From NCBI GenBank assembly GCA_963787975.1, contig CAWBEU010000008.1, forward strand, positions 125,369 through 189,368: a stretch of DNA of 64,000 nucleotides, given 5' to 3'. Shown here piece by piece: positions 9,496-20,217 of this stretch. The notes below the pieces were generated by a model. That model was not told the DNA's origin. It made no database searches and saw only the letters and a program-made list of their open reading frames with translations. A program made the position numbers and the translations under genes. This DNA comes from an uncultured Thermoplasmata archaeon. Lineage in GTDB: Archaea; Thermoplasmatota; Thermoplasmata; Lutacidiplasmatales; UBA184. Numbering within the stretch: the first letter of the stretch is position 1; each line of letters starts with the position of its first letter.

Positions 9496-10434
9496 TTAGG
9501 CTCGCCGGAGGAGTTCGGCGGCCAAAAGGACCTCGGTCCCCGCCAGTCCCTCGGACAGGAAGAGCGTGCGCTGCGAGGGTGCGGTCCGGCCCTTCGTTCG
9601 CGCCGCCACGATGTCCGCGAGGTCGATCACGCGATCCCACGCGGCCGTTCCTTGCAGAATGTGGGGTTCTGCGTACGCCGACAATTGCGCCGGCGAGTCA
9701 CTGGCGATGACGTCCGCTTGTTCGGCGACCGGCGCCCCGATTTCGTGCTCGCTCGTCGTCTTGCTTCCCATCGTCGTGACGTGGGTGCCGGGATGAATCC
9801 AGTCCGCCTCGATCACGGGCCGGGCGCTGACCGTGGAACAGATCACCACGTCGGACGACTCCACGACCTCGCGGGCCGACGCACCGGCGTCGGCCACCAG
9901 GTCATACTTTTGGGCCGCCCGCCGAGCGAATTCCTCTCGGTGGGTACGCGTCGGGCTGAACACGCGGAGGCTCTTGAGCGGCAGAACGGCGGCCGCCGCC
10001 TCGAGCTGCGCCCTCGCTTGAAGTCCGGAGCCGATGAAGCCGATGCGCTCGGCGGTGGGATTTGCGAGGTACTTCAACGCCGTCCCGCCGATAGCCGAGG
10101 TCCGCAGCACGCCCAAGCGTGCACCGAGAACCGTTCCCTGGAGTGCCCCGTTGCGCGCGTCGAAGACCATCGTGACCTGCGTCCGATCCGGGTGGACGCC
10201 GCCATCCTCCGTGGCTCCGGGGAACGTGTTGTACATCCGGAACCCTACCGCCGAAGCTCCGACGTCATCTCCTCCCACGGTGAAGACCAGAGAGCCGTGG
10301 TGGAATGGAACGTAATGCCGAGGCGGGGAGACCAGGTGACCTTCGCTCTTCGCACGGAAGGCGTCCTCCATCACGCGGATGGCCTCCTTCATCGGAAGGA
10401 GCCGGTCGACATCCGCGTCGTTCAGGGTCTTCAC
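9496..10434 (-). CDS. Ornithine cyclodeaminase / mu-crystallin family imine reductase
   Basis: LRTSAIGG, IGSGLQA Rossmann motif, GTHVTTMG, SEGLA. GTG start chosen; start uncertain. Confidence 0.88.
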   Translation of the reverse strand: MKTLNDADVDRLLPMKEAIRVMEDAFRAKSEGHLVSPPRHYVPFHHGSLVFTVGGDDVGASAVGFRMYNTFPGATEDGGVHPDRTQVTMVFDARNGALQGTVLGARLGVLRTSAIGGTALKYLANPTAERIGFIGSGLQARAQLEAAAAVLPLKSLRVFSPTRTHREEFARRAAQKYDLVADAGASAREVVESSDVVICSTVSARPVIEADWIHPGTHVTTMGSKTTSEHEIGAPVAEQADVIASDSPAQLSAYAEPHILQGTAAWDRVIDLADIVAARTKGRTAPSQRTLFLSEGLAGTEVLLAAELLRRA

Positions 10435-10535
10435 AGGGCGTCGCCGGCCCCGAGGCGGGCCGGGCGATTTCAGCCTTGCGCGAGCGGGGGAGACCAAATA
10501 CTATCCGGTGGCTCGTAATCTTTCGTGGGACGAGG

Positions 10536-11288
10536 ATGAAGGTTCTCGGGCTGGACTGGATCGGAACTCGAACGGACCACTTCCGGGAAACGGTAGCCTT
10601 CTTCGAGCAGATCCTGGGACTGCCGGTCGGAGTGCGACGGGACGAGTTCGTCCGGCTCGACCTGCCGGACTCATCGTGCCTCGAGGTGTTTGGACCGGGC
10701 GATACGGACCATCTCTACTTCACCACGGGCCCGGCGGTGGGATTCTTGGTCGAGGACATCGATACGGCTCGCCACGACCTCTGGAGGCACGGGGTCGAGC
10801 TCCTCGGGTCGACGGGCGGAGAAGCCGGCGCCGCGCGATGGCAACACTTCCGCGCACCGGACAATTGCGTCTACGAGGTCGTGGAGAATCCGGGACGACA
10901 TCCTCGGGGTCCGCCCGCCGGCCCGCTCGGGATCACCCGCCTGGCGTGGATGGGAACGCGAACCGTTCGGTACGAGGCGACCCTCGCCTTCTTCGGCGAC
11001 GTGATGGGGCTCAAGGTGGTGGAAGACCTACCGGAGCTGACCGAGTACCGTCTCCCGGATGGAGCATCGGTGGAGGTGTTCCTCGCGGGTAGCCCTCTCG
11101 ACCATCCGCACTTCTCGACCGGCCCGGTGCCCGGGTTCGGCGTGCAGGATATCGACACCGCCGTGGCGTTGCTCCGGTCAAAGAAGGTCCCCTTGCTTCA
11201 GTCGAAGCGGAGCGAGCAGGGCGGCTGGGCCCATTTCCGCGCCCCCGATGGCTGCGTGTACGAAGTGACGGGCTCCCGACCCGCGTGA
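10536..11288 (+). CDS. Tandem VOC/glyoxalase family protein
   Basis: Two near-duplicate VOC domains (FFEQILGL..HFRAPDNCVYEV and FFGDVMGL..HFRAPDGCVYEV). Confidence 0.85.
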   Translation: MKVLGLDWIGTRTDHFRETVAFFEQILGLPVGVRRDEFVRLDLPDSSCLEVFGPGDTDHLYFTTGPAVGFLVEDIDTARHDLWRHGVELLGSTGGEAGAARWQHFRAPDNCVYEVVENPGRHPRGPPAGPLGITRLAWMGTRTVRYEATLAFFGDVMGLKVVEDLPELTEYRLPDGASVEVFLAGSPLDHPHFSTGPVPGFGVQDIDTAVALLRSKKVPLLQSKRSEQGGWAHFRAPDGCVYEVTGSRPA

Positions 11289-11309
11289 GCGCGCTCGGGG
11301 CGCAGACGG

Positions 11310-12077
11310 TCACTCGTACGATACGTCCGACCGGAGGTACGCCTGCGTGGCGAGGACCAGCACGACCACCGTTTCTGCGACGAGCACGAGCACCTGGTAC
11401 CCGTCCATCGTCGTCAGGGTCCCGGAGTAGGCCCCGCGCACCGCGTCGGCCACGTAGGTGAGGGGATTCACCTCGAAGAGGACTTTGAGAACCAGAGGGA
11501 GGCTTTGACTCAACGGATAGAATACCGTGCTAGCGAAGTTGACGACAAAGAGGAGCAGAATTTGGATGCTGTTGTAGGCAGTGTTCGACTTGACGAGAGC
11601 GCCTATGAGCAACATCAGCGCGCCGAAAAATATCGACCCGAGTATAATCGCCCCGAAGATCACGCCGAGCGCGACGGGCTGCGTGGGGATCGTACCCACT
11701 AGGCTGAAGGCGACCCCCAGCATGACCACGGCCCCGCCGAGGCCGAACAGCATCGACGTGGACATGATGCCGAGCAGGTACTGAAGGCGAGTGAACGGAC
11801 CGACGAGTAGCTGGGATAACATCCCCCACCGTCGATCGGCCCAGAGCATGCTCCCTCCCACGGTGCCGGCCATCACCACCTGGAACGACATGATTCCCGG
11901 CGTCAGGAAGGTGAGGTAATCCTTACTGGTCCCCGCCGACGAGGCGAGCGAGCCGAACCCGAATCCGAAAAAGACGAGGTACATTCCGGGGAGCCCGATG
12001 AGAATGACCAGACTCCCGGGGTCGGTATTGACCCGGATATTCCGGTAGATCAGCCGGAGGAGGTTAGGGAGCGGCAA
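11310..12077 (-). CDS. ABC-2 type exporter permease
   Basis: Six hydrophobic segments; FASTVFYP..NPLTYVADAVR motif. Confidence 0.9.
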   Translation of the reverse strand: MPLPNLLRLIYRNIRVNTDPGSLVILIGLPGMYLVFFGFGFGSLASSAGTSKDYLTFLTPGIMSFQVVMAGTVGGSMLWADRRWGMLSQLLVGPFTRLQYLLGIMSTSMLFGLGGAVVMLGVAFSLVGTIPTQPVALGVIFGAIILGSIFFGALMLLIGALVKSNTAYNSIQILLLFVVNFASTVFYPLSQSLPLVLKVLFEVNPLTYVADAVRGAYSGTLTTMDGYQVLVLVAETVVVLVLATQAYLRSDVSYE

Positions 12078-13065
12078 CCGGCTCGCCTCCGTGACTGACT
12101 TGCCGGAGGAACACGTCCTCGAGCGTGTTCTGCCGCACGTTGAGCCATTCGAGTTGCACGCCCACCGTCTGGGAGAGTTCCGCGACCAGGGAGAGGACTT
12201 CCTTGGGGTCCTCCGCGAGAATCGCCGCGGAACCGCCGTTCACGGTGACCTGCGCGCGGGCGCCGAGGCGATGGGTCAACTCTCCGTAGAATCGCGTTGT
12301 GTCTCCCCCGCCGACGGTGAGGTCGACGGTCTTCTTGCCCCCGTAGAGCCGCTTCAGGTTCTCGATCGAATCGAGGACAAGGATTCGTCCCTCGTCGATG
12401 ACCGCAGCCCGGTCGCACAGGTAGTCGGCTTCCTCGAGGTTATGGGTGGTGAAGACCACGGTGAGGCCCTTCCGCACCTCCGCACGAATCGAGTCGAGCA
12501 GCGTGTGCCGCATGATCACGTCGAGTCCGACGGTCGGTTCGTCCAGGAACAGCACCTCCATGTCGTGCATGAATTCCCGCGCGACCTGCACCCGGCGTTT
12601 CTGCCCACCCGAGAGGTCGAAGGCCCGTCGCTTCCGCACGTCGCCGATTCCGAAACGAGCGATCAGCTCCTCCCGACGACGCGTTCGTTCGGCCTTGGGA
12701 ATTCCCCACAGCACCCCGTAGACGTCGAAGTTTCCTTGGACGGTCGTGAAGTCGAACGACTCTGCTTGTTGGACCACCCCGATCCGTTCGCGGATCTTCT
12801 GGCCATCGCGCGCCGGGTCCATACCGAGGACCCGCAGCGTCCCCGAGGTCGGCTGGATCAACGTGGTCATCGCCTTGATGAGCGTCGATTTTCCCGCGCC
12901 GTTCCGCCCGAGGAGGCCGAACACTTCCCCTCGACGGACGGTGAAGCTCACCCCGTCCAACGCGAAGTGCTTCCGGTCGTATGTGTGCCGAAGGTTCTCG
13001 GCGTAGACCACCGCGTCGGTGGGAGTTGATCCCGATAAGGGCGGCGTCGTGTCGTCGATCCCCAT
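12064..13065 (-). CDS. ABC exporter ATP-binding protein (DrrA-like)
   Basis: GRNGAGKST, LSGGQ, FLDEPT, TTH. Confidence 0.95.
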   Translation of the reverse strand: MGIDDTTPPLSGSTPTDAVVYAENLRHTYDRKHFALDGVSFTVRRGEVFGLLGRNGAGKSTLIKAMTTLIQPTSGTLRVLGMDPARDGQKIRERIGVVQQAESFDFTTVQGNFDVYGVLWGIPKAERTRRREELIARFGIGDVRKRRAFDLSGGQKRRVQVAREFMHDMEVLFLDEPTVGLDVIMRHTLLDSIRAEVRKGLTVVFTTHNLEEADYLCDRAAVIDEGRILVLDSIENLKRLYGGKKTVDLTVGGGDTTRFYGELTHRLGARAQVTVNGGSAAILAEDPKEVLSLVAELSQTVGVQLEWLNVRQNTLEDVFLRQVSHGGEPVAAP

Positions 13066-13182
13066 GGGTACGGAGTTCGTGGGAAGACGGTGCTAAAGGG
13101 TTTGGGTGGCGGAACTCCGTCCGCCCTCCTCGCGGTCGGGGCATGGGCGTTGCGCGCCTTTCCACAAGCTCGCGTGGGGATT

Positions 13183-14394
13183 TCAGAGCAATGCGATGAC
13201 TCCGCAGAACACGATGGAAAACAGGCTGACCCAGTACGCCGCTCTCCAGAATCCGTGGGAAGCGTCCTTCCCCATGAGGCGCTTGTCCGACGCCAGAAGT
13301 CCGACGAGAACTCCCGGGCCGATCAGGATGAACACGAGCAATACCATCAGCAGAAGCACCAACGAGAGTGGATGCGGGAACAGGAATGGGATGATCACGG
13401 CGGGAACGCTCTCCGCCGTGTAAATCCAGAACGCTCGTCCGCGAGGAAGGCCGAGAGCTTCGACCACTCCCCACGCGCTCCCCAACGAGATCACCACGAG
13501 AGCAAGAAACGCCGCCGCCACGAGTCCGATTCCGAATGCGTAGGGGAGCAACCAACCCCCGACGGCCGCGAGGGCCGCCACCAAACCGGAGGTACTGAAC
13601 AGGTCCGCGGTCGACGGCATTCCCGCTCCAAGCATCAGGAACGCGACCATCAGGAGCTCGCTCACCATGGCGCCGACGAGGGTCTCTCGACGGACGCTGC
13701 GAACGGTCGATCCCACCTTCTCCGCCGTCGCCGACGATTGGTAGAACAGCATGAACGGCATGACCACCGCGCCGGCGTTGGCCGCCAAGAGGAAGACGAA
13801 GGAGGGACTGGCCGAGAGATACACCGGGCTGGCCGGTAGGATGCCTCGCACCATCAGGGCCGACCCGATGGTCACGATGAAGACGGCCGAAACGGCGAGC
13901 AGGATCCGCTCTACCCACACGTACCTCCCGCGAGCGACGAGGCCGATGTGGACGACGAACGCAGAGGGGAGCGAGAGGTAGAAGGGAACGCCGAAGATCC
14001 CGAGGGCAAGCGCAATGGCGGCGTACTCGGCCACGTAGCTCGCGACATCGGCGGCCGCGACGGGCACCGCGATGGCCAGGCTCGCTCGACGGGAACGGGT
14101 CTCTCGAACGAGTTCCCCCAGGCCCTTCCCGGTGACGGCTCCGATGCGCCCGGCGGCTTCTTGGACGAAGAAGAGCGGCACGATAAGGAGCAGGAGAAAC
14201 CAGACCAGGTCGTACCGATACGCGACTCCCGACTCGAGGCCCGTCAAGATGCTCGCGGCGTCCACGTCAGCGATCATCACGAGCCAGGCGGGTCCCCAAG
14301 CGTAGAACCAGCGCCGGGACGCCCGCGGCTCGAGCGGCTTCAAGGGAACCTCGAGCGGGGTCGCCGCCCCTAGCGATGAGTCGGCGGCGAGCAC
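13183..14394 (-). CDS. NRAMP-family divalent metal transporter
   Basis: WGPAWLVMIADVDAA TM1, GAVTGKGL, GAVVMPFMLFYQSS. Start uncertain. Confidence 0.88.
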   Translation of the reverse strand: MLAADSSLGAATPLEVPLKPLEPRASRRWFYAWGPAWLVMIADVDAASILTGLESGVAYRYDLVWFLLLLIVPLFFVQEAAGRIGAVTGKGLGELVRETRSRRASLAIAVPVAAADVASYVAEYAAIALALGIFGVPFYLSLPSAFVVHIGLVARGRYVWVERILLAVSAVFIVTIGSALMVRGILPASPVYLSASPSFVFLLAANAGAVVMPFMLFYQSSATAEKVGSTVRSVRRETLVGAMVSELLMVAFLMLGAGMPSTADLFSTSGLVAALAAVGGWLLPYAFGIGLVAAAFLALVVISLGSAWGVVEALGLPRGRAFWIYTAESVPAVIIPFLFPHPLSLVLLLMVLLVFILIGPGVLVGLLASDKRLMGKDASHGFWRAAYWVSLFSIVFCGVIALL

Positions 14395-14514
14395 GTCTGG
14401 AGCCCCGGTTTGAGCACCTGGAAGTGAATATTTAGTTATTACGTGTGTGACCACAATAGAATTAAGTTCACAGTATGAATATGCGCACTGAGGGGGTGCG
14501 CTCACACTTCGACC

Positions 14515-15333
14515 ATGGCACGCAAACGCACGGCCGCGACCTCGTGGGTCCAGGTGTTCCAGGCGTTGGCCGCCCGGGAAGGGGTGGAACATCTCGGATT
14601 GTCGTCTCGCCGGATGGCCGAACTCCTCGGGCTCGCCCCGTCGGCGGTCTCCCAGTACCTTTCGGGAAAGCGGTTGGACCGAGGGTTCCCACAGTTCGCC
14701 GCCGATGAGCGGGCCCAGGCGATCATTCGTCCCGCCGTAGAGCGTCTAATCGCGGCCCACGGAGAAGGGCGGGGACCTACCCGGATCGTGCTGGAGAGCG
14801 CCGCCTCGCTCTCGGAGCTCTCCCAGTCCCCGGAGCGGGCCCCGCGGGCGAGCTTCCCTCGTGACGAGACCGCGCTTCCGATTCGACAACTCACCAAGCA
14901 ATTGCGCCTCCGAGTAAAGGCCGAGCAGGTAGCGGTGACTCAGTGCATGCGCTTGGCTCAGCGGGCCGGCGACGAACTCACCCGGACGATCTTGAGACAG
15001 ATCGCTTCGGACAGCCTGCGGCATGCCGAGATCGTCGCGTCGCTGGGTCCGTACATCGAGCGGGGAGTCTCTGGGGCTTTTGTGGCCGGTATCACTCCCA
15101 AGGAGATTCAAGCGCTCATCGAGGGGGAGCGGCGGGCCGAGGCGCAAGCCGACATGGAACTGGGCCGCCACCTGAAGGGGACGATGGCGATCTTGGTCGC
15201 CAGCATGGAGGCGGACGAGCGGAAGCACGCGGACCTGCTCCAGGGGCTGCTGACGTCGGGCTTTCGACCGGAGTCCGGCGGGCGCGGTCCGCCCGGGGAA
15301 ACACGCCGGCGATCGGCCCACGACGGCCGCTGA
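14515..15333 (+). CDS. HTH transcriptional regulator fused to a ferritin/rubrerythrin-like domain
   Basis: N-terminal MAELLGLAPSAVSQYLSGKR HTH; C-terminal four-helix bundle with E..DSLRH and E..DERKH motifs. Confidence 0.75.
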   Translation: MARKRTAATSWVQVFQALAAREGVEHLGLSSRRMAELLGLAPSAVSQYLSGKRLDRGFPQFAADERAQAIIRPAVERLIAAHGEGRGPTRIVLESAASLSELSQSPERAPRASFPRDETALPIRQLTKQLRLRVKAEQVAVTQCMRLAQRAGDELTRTILRQIASDSLRHAEIVASLGPYIERGVSGAFVAGITPKEIQALIEGERRAEAQADMELGRHLKGTMAILVASMEADERKHADLLQGLLTSGFRPESGGRGPPGETRRRSAHDGR

Positions 15334-15349
15334 ACTCCCGGGTCGCCGG

Positions 15350-16120
15350 CTAGGGCACGAGCTTGCCGGCCGCCCACGGAGGCGGCGGCAGGTCGAGGAG
15401 CTCCGAGAGCGACCGGGCGTTCACGGCCGCGTCGCCCCGGAAGTGGTTGTTGAAGAACCCATAGACCGCCTCGGTCCGTTCCCGCAGTTGGGCGAGCCGA
15501 GGGGCCCAGGCGCGGAGCTCCTCCGGCTGGTACGTGTAGTCGTACCAGATCTGCTTCCCGTGGCCGTGCCACCGCACGTAGCTGAACGGGGCGGTGACCG
15601 TGAGGTCGACCGGCAGCAGGGGCTCGTCGACGACCACGTAGGCGAATCCGAACTCTCGGAGGAGCGCCTTCGATTCGGGTGTTACCCAGGACCGTTCCCG
15701 CGGCTCCACCGCGACGGGAATCCCGGCGGGGATGCTTTCGTAGAACCGGCGTACTGTCGCCGGCTCGAACGGAAGCGACGGCGGCAGCTGCAGGAGCGCG
15801 GCGGAGAGCTTGCCGGCCTCCTGGAGGGGTTTCAGAAATCGGGCGAACTCGTCGATCTCCGGCTCGGCGCCCAGGAGTTTCTTGTCGTGGGTGATCGTCT
15901 GGGGGAACTTGAGTGCGAAGCGGAATTCCTTCGGCGTCCGGCGAACCCAGGACTCGGCGACGGAGACCGGCGGGAGCCGGTAGAACGTCGAGTTGACCTC
16001 GACGATCGGAAAGAATCCGGTGTAGAAGCGGAGCCAGTCGCTGGCGCCTCGCTTGGGATAGAACCGGCCCACCCACTCCGGATAATCCCACCCGCTCGTG
16101 CCGATGTAAACCGCTCCCAC
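15350..16120 (-). CDS. DUF72 (YecE-like) protein
   Basis: IGTSGWDY, VEVNSTFY, LLQLPPS, YVRWHG, YGFFNNH. Confidence 0.9.
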   Translation of the reverse strand: MGAVYIGTSGWDYPEWVGRFYPKRGASDWLRFYTGFFPIVEVNSTFYRLPPVSVAESWVRRTPKEFRFALKFPQTITHDKKLLGAEPEIDEFARFLKPLQEAGKLSAALLQLPPSLPFEPATVRRFYESIPAGIPVAVEPRERSWVTPESKALLREFGFAYVVVDEPLLPVDLTVTAPFSYVRWHGHGKQIWYDYTYQPEELRAWAPRLAQLRERTEAVYGFFNNHFRGDAAVNARSLSELLDLPPPPWAAGKLVP

Positions 16121-16271
16121 GGATCGCCACCAGGCCCAGTCCGCTCGGGGGGAAATAGGGGTAGGGAAGGTCGCGAAACAGACGTGCGCCCGGGACCTCT
16201 TCCTCGGTCCGGCAAAGGCCAAATAGGCCGGCCGGGGTGAGTGCCTCGGCCAAGCCCCGAAGGTAACGAAA

Positions 16272-16550
16272 ATGGTTCAAGTCGACGTAGAGCTCGGTAA
16301 GTGCACCGGCTGCGCCCACTGTCGGGACGTGTGCCCGGTCAATGTCTTCGAGATGAAGCCCCGCGACCAGTTCCCGGAAGTGGTGGATGACCCGGGCATC
16401 GCTGCCAAGTTCCAATTCCGGGGGGAGAAATCCGCCGTGATCAACGGGCCGGAATGCATCGTTTGCGAGGCCTGCCTTTTCGAGTGCGAAGGGGAATGCA
16501 TCACGATTACCGACGACGAGGGCAACCTCCACCACTCCACCTACAAGTGA
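16272..16550 (+). CDS. 2x[4Fe-4S] ferredoxin
   Basis: CTGCAHCRDVCP and CIVCEACLFEC. Confidence 0.9.
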   Translation: MVQVDVELGKCTGCAHCRDVCPVNVFEMKPRDQFPEVVDDPGIAAKFQFRGEKSAVINGPECIVCEACLFECEGECITITDDEGNLHHSTYK

Positions 16551-16644
16551 TTCGACCGGAAAGCGCCGGCCCGTGCGTTTCCAACGCAAGCGGAGCTCGC
16601 CCTCAGGCAACGGCTAAATAGAGCGGCTCCCCGGCGGAGACGCC

Positions 16645-16978
16645 GTGGACGAATCGGGAGCGGGCATCGGCCAAACCGCGGTCATTGGCGAACGCGAACT
16701 CGCCATCGGTTTCCGACTGATCGGCCTTCAGAACGTGGTCGAAGTCACGCCGGCAACGGCCTCCGCGGAGTTCCAGCGGCTTATGACCCGCGACGACATC
16801 AATCTCGTCGTCGCGAGCGAAGGGGTCCGTCGGCGGCTCTCCGAGAACCAGCGCATCCACGCCGAGGGATCTCTCCAGCCCCTCGTGGTGTTCGTGCCCT
16901 TCCCCGACAGGGGAATACGAGGTGGAAAGCCTCGCCGCGCTCGCGAAGCGCGTGCTCGGAATCTCTCTCCAGGTCTGA
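16645..16978 (+). CDS. atpF: A/V-type ATP synthase subunit F (+1 frameshift near 16900)
   Basis: [16 protein letters not shown]; after removing one base it continues [19 protein letters not shown]-stop. Confidence 0.85.
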
Positions 16979-16997
16979 AGACATCCAGAAGGTTAGC

Positions 16998-19900
16998 ATG
17001 GCAATAGTCACACGCGTCTCGGGTCCGGTCGTCGCGGCTGAAGGCCTCGCGGGCGCCAAGATGTTCGACATCGTCCGGGTCGGGGACCTGGGCTTGATTG
17101 GGGAGATCATCCGTCTCGTCGGGGACACGGCCTCCGATCCAGGTCTACGAGGACACTACGGGCGTCCGACCCGGCGACAAGGTGGAGAACACCGGCCAAG
17201 CGCTTTCGGTCGAGCTGGGCCCGGGTCTTGCTCACCTCCATCTACGACGGCATCCAGAGGCCCCTGGATGTGCTCAAGAAGAACCTCGGTGATTTCATCA
17301 CGCGAGGTTCGGTCGCGGCGCCACTCGACGAGAAAAAGCGTTGGGAGTTCACCGCGACCGCGAAGGTCGGAGAGGAGGTCCAGCCCGGCACAATTCTCGG
17401 GACGGTTCCCGAGACGCCGCTCATCACGCACAAGGTCCTCGTCCCGAACGGCGTCACCGGCACACTGAGCCGACTATCGAGCGGCACGTTCACGATCCGC
17501 AACCAGATCGGCGAGGTCAAGACGCGCGGCGGCACCGTGCCGCTCGGTCTCAGCCAGAAGTGGGTTGTCCGGGTACCGAGACCAGTCCAGGAGAAGCTGC
17601 CTCCGGATATCCCTCTGCTAACAGGGCAACGAGTCATCGACACGTTCTACCCGGTCGCTAAAGGCGGCGCGGCGTGCATTCCGGGGCCGTTCGGATCCGG
17701 AAAGTGCGTCGCGGGGGACACCCCGATCCTGCTCGGAGACGGCCGGGTAGTTCGCATTGAGGAGATTCATTCGGCCGCCCTGCGCGAGGGAGAGGTAACG
17801 GTCGATGGGTCCGATGAGTGGATCAAGCTGAAAACTGGAATCGATCTCTACTCGCTGGTCGGGAACAAACTGGTCAAGAGCCAGTCCCGGACTGTCTACA
17901 AGGGACAGAGCGACTCGCTGATACGAGTGAAGACACGGAGTGGTCGGAGCGTCCGGATCACCCCAATCCATCGCCTTTTCACGATCCGCCCGGACGGCGC
18001 CTTGCGAGAGACCATGGCGCGCGACCTCAAACCGGGAGATTACGTCGCATCAGTCCGCAAGCTGCCGGCCCCCCGGGGGGACCAAAAGGTATCCTTCGAC
18101 CTCCCCAAACTCCAACGTCGGGGCAAGTCCATCCGGGTCCCGCCGGTCATGTCGCCCGACTTCTCCGAGTTTCTCGGCCTTTTTGTGGCGGAGGGGTACA
18201 TACGAGGGCCAGGGGCCGTCGTTTTCACCAACTCCGAGGATCGACTCCTTCAACGGTTCCTTCTTCTGACGAAGGAGCTTTTCGGCATCGAGGGACAAAT
18301 CGAGCTCCAAGAGGGCAAGACGCCGAACGCGATCATCTTCAGCAAGTCTCTAGTCGACCTGATGGACCGACTGGGAACCGGGCGGGGGTCGTCCCACAAG
18401 CACATCCCGCCACTTGTCCTCGCATCGAGCAACAGGACACTGGGGGCGTTCCTTCTAGGATACTACCTTGGGGATGGCGGCATTTCCGGCGGCGATATCG
18501 AGTTCTGCACCGCGAGCCAAGAACTCCAGACCGAACTGGCCTACGCGCTTTCCCGGTTCGGAATCACTTCCTCCCTCGGTCGCCGGGTCGTCAATGGAAC
18601 CGACTACTTCCGGATCTTCGTCCGCGGGGTGGCGAATCTCTCGAGGATGCAGAGTCTCCTCGGGTCCGACCATCCGAAGGTGGTCACGATTGGACGCTAC
18701 GTGGACTCGAAGCGAACCACGTACACCGCGACCGACGTGGTACCGTTGTCGCCCGAGGTCCTCGAGCGAATCTACCGGGGGCACCACACCTACCAGGGGT
18801 TGTTGGCCGACGGAATTGAGATCCACAACTACATCGGCAACCGCGAGAGGATGGGCGCCGCTACCTTCCTGCGTTTCATGGGGTCTCGCGGCTGGGACGA
18901 CTCAGGGGTTTTTCCCGAGCGGGATGCCACGAGGCTGTCGGAACTCCTGGACTGTCTGTACTGCGATGAGGTGGTCGAGACGCAAGAGGAGACGGACGGA
19001 CCGTTCGACGTGTACGACGTTTCGCTCCCTGACATTCCGCTCCATCGGGACAGCGTGTGTCGACACTTCGTCGGCGGCGAAGGCGGGCGCGGCATGCATC
19101 CCAGGACCATCGGGGTGGAAAACCGTTCTACAGCAACAGCTCGCGAAATGGTCCGATGCCGATGTCGTCGTCTACGTCGGGTGCGGGGAGCGCGGCAACG
19201 AGATGACCGAGGTGCTGGCCACCTTCCCCAAGCTCGTTGATCCCGAAGTCCAAGCGTCCGTTGATGGAGCGGACGATCCTCATCGCCAACACCTCCAACA
19301 TGCCAGTCGCCGCCCGAGAGGCAAGCGTGTACACGGGCATCACCCTCGCCGAGTACTATCGGGACATGGGCTACGACGTGGCCCTCATGGCCGACTCGAC
19401 CTCTCGATGGGCGGAGGCGATGCGGGAGATTTCCGGTCGGCTCGAGGAGATGCCCGGTGAAGAGGGATATCCGGCGTACCTCGGTCGACGGGTGGCCGAA
19501 TTCTACGAACGATCTGGCCGGGTCGTCACCCTATCACCCGAGGGCCGTCAGGGATCCGTCTCGGTCATCGGCGCCGTGTCGCCGCCGGGCGGAGACATCT
19601 CGGAACCGGTCTCTCAGAACACTCTGCGGGTCGTGCGCGTCTTCTGGGCGTTGGACGCCGCGCTTGCCAACCGCCGACATTTCCCCTCGATCAACTGGCT
19701 CCAGAGCTACTCGCTCTACGCCGGCGAGCTCGAGCCGTGGTTCCGGAGCCATATCGCACCGGATTGGGGGACGCTGCGGCAGCGGGCCATCCAGACGCTG
19801 CAACAGGAATCCGAGCTCCAGGAGCTCGTTCAGCTCGTCGGCGTCGATGCCCTCCCTGAACGGGAGAAGGTCGTCCTGGACGTGGCGCGCATGATCCGGG

Positions 19901-20217
19901 AAGATTTCCTTCAGCAGAGCGCCTACGACGAGATCGACACCTACACCTCGATCCAGAAGCAGTACCGGATGCTTCGGACCATCCTGCGGTTCGGCGATCA
20001 GGAGCTGGAGGCCGTCCAGAAGGGCGCCACCCTCGCGCAGATTGCGAAGCTCCCCGTCCGTTCCCGGGTCTCACGGATGAAGTGGACGAAGGAGGCCGAC
20101 CTCGACGCCACGTTCGACCAGCTCGAACTCGATATCTCGGCGGCCGTCGCCGGGGTCCTCCAGGCCGCCGGGGCGCCCGGCACGCCCGAGATGGCGGTGA
20201 CGACGGGGGTGAGCTAG
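16998..20217 (+). CDS. atpA: A/V-type ATP synthase subunit A with intein; several frameshifts (~17135, ~17227, 19030-19120, ~19244)
   Basis: [27 protein letters not shown]|intein|[42 protein letters not shown]. Confidence 0.93.
17705..19121 (+). mobile_element. VMA-site intein with LAGLIDADG homing endonuclease; C-terminal splice junction garbled
   Basis: Starts CVAGDT directly after GSGK; block B TPIHRLF; LGLFVAEG and LLGYYLGDG endonuclease motifs; block F VYDVSL; terminal HN not readable. Confidence 0.88.
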
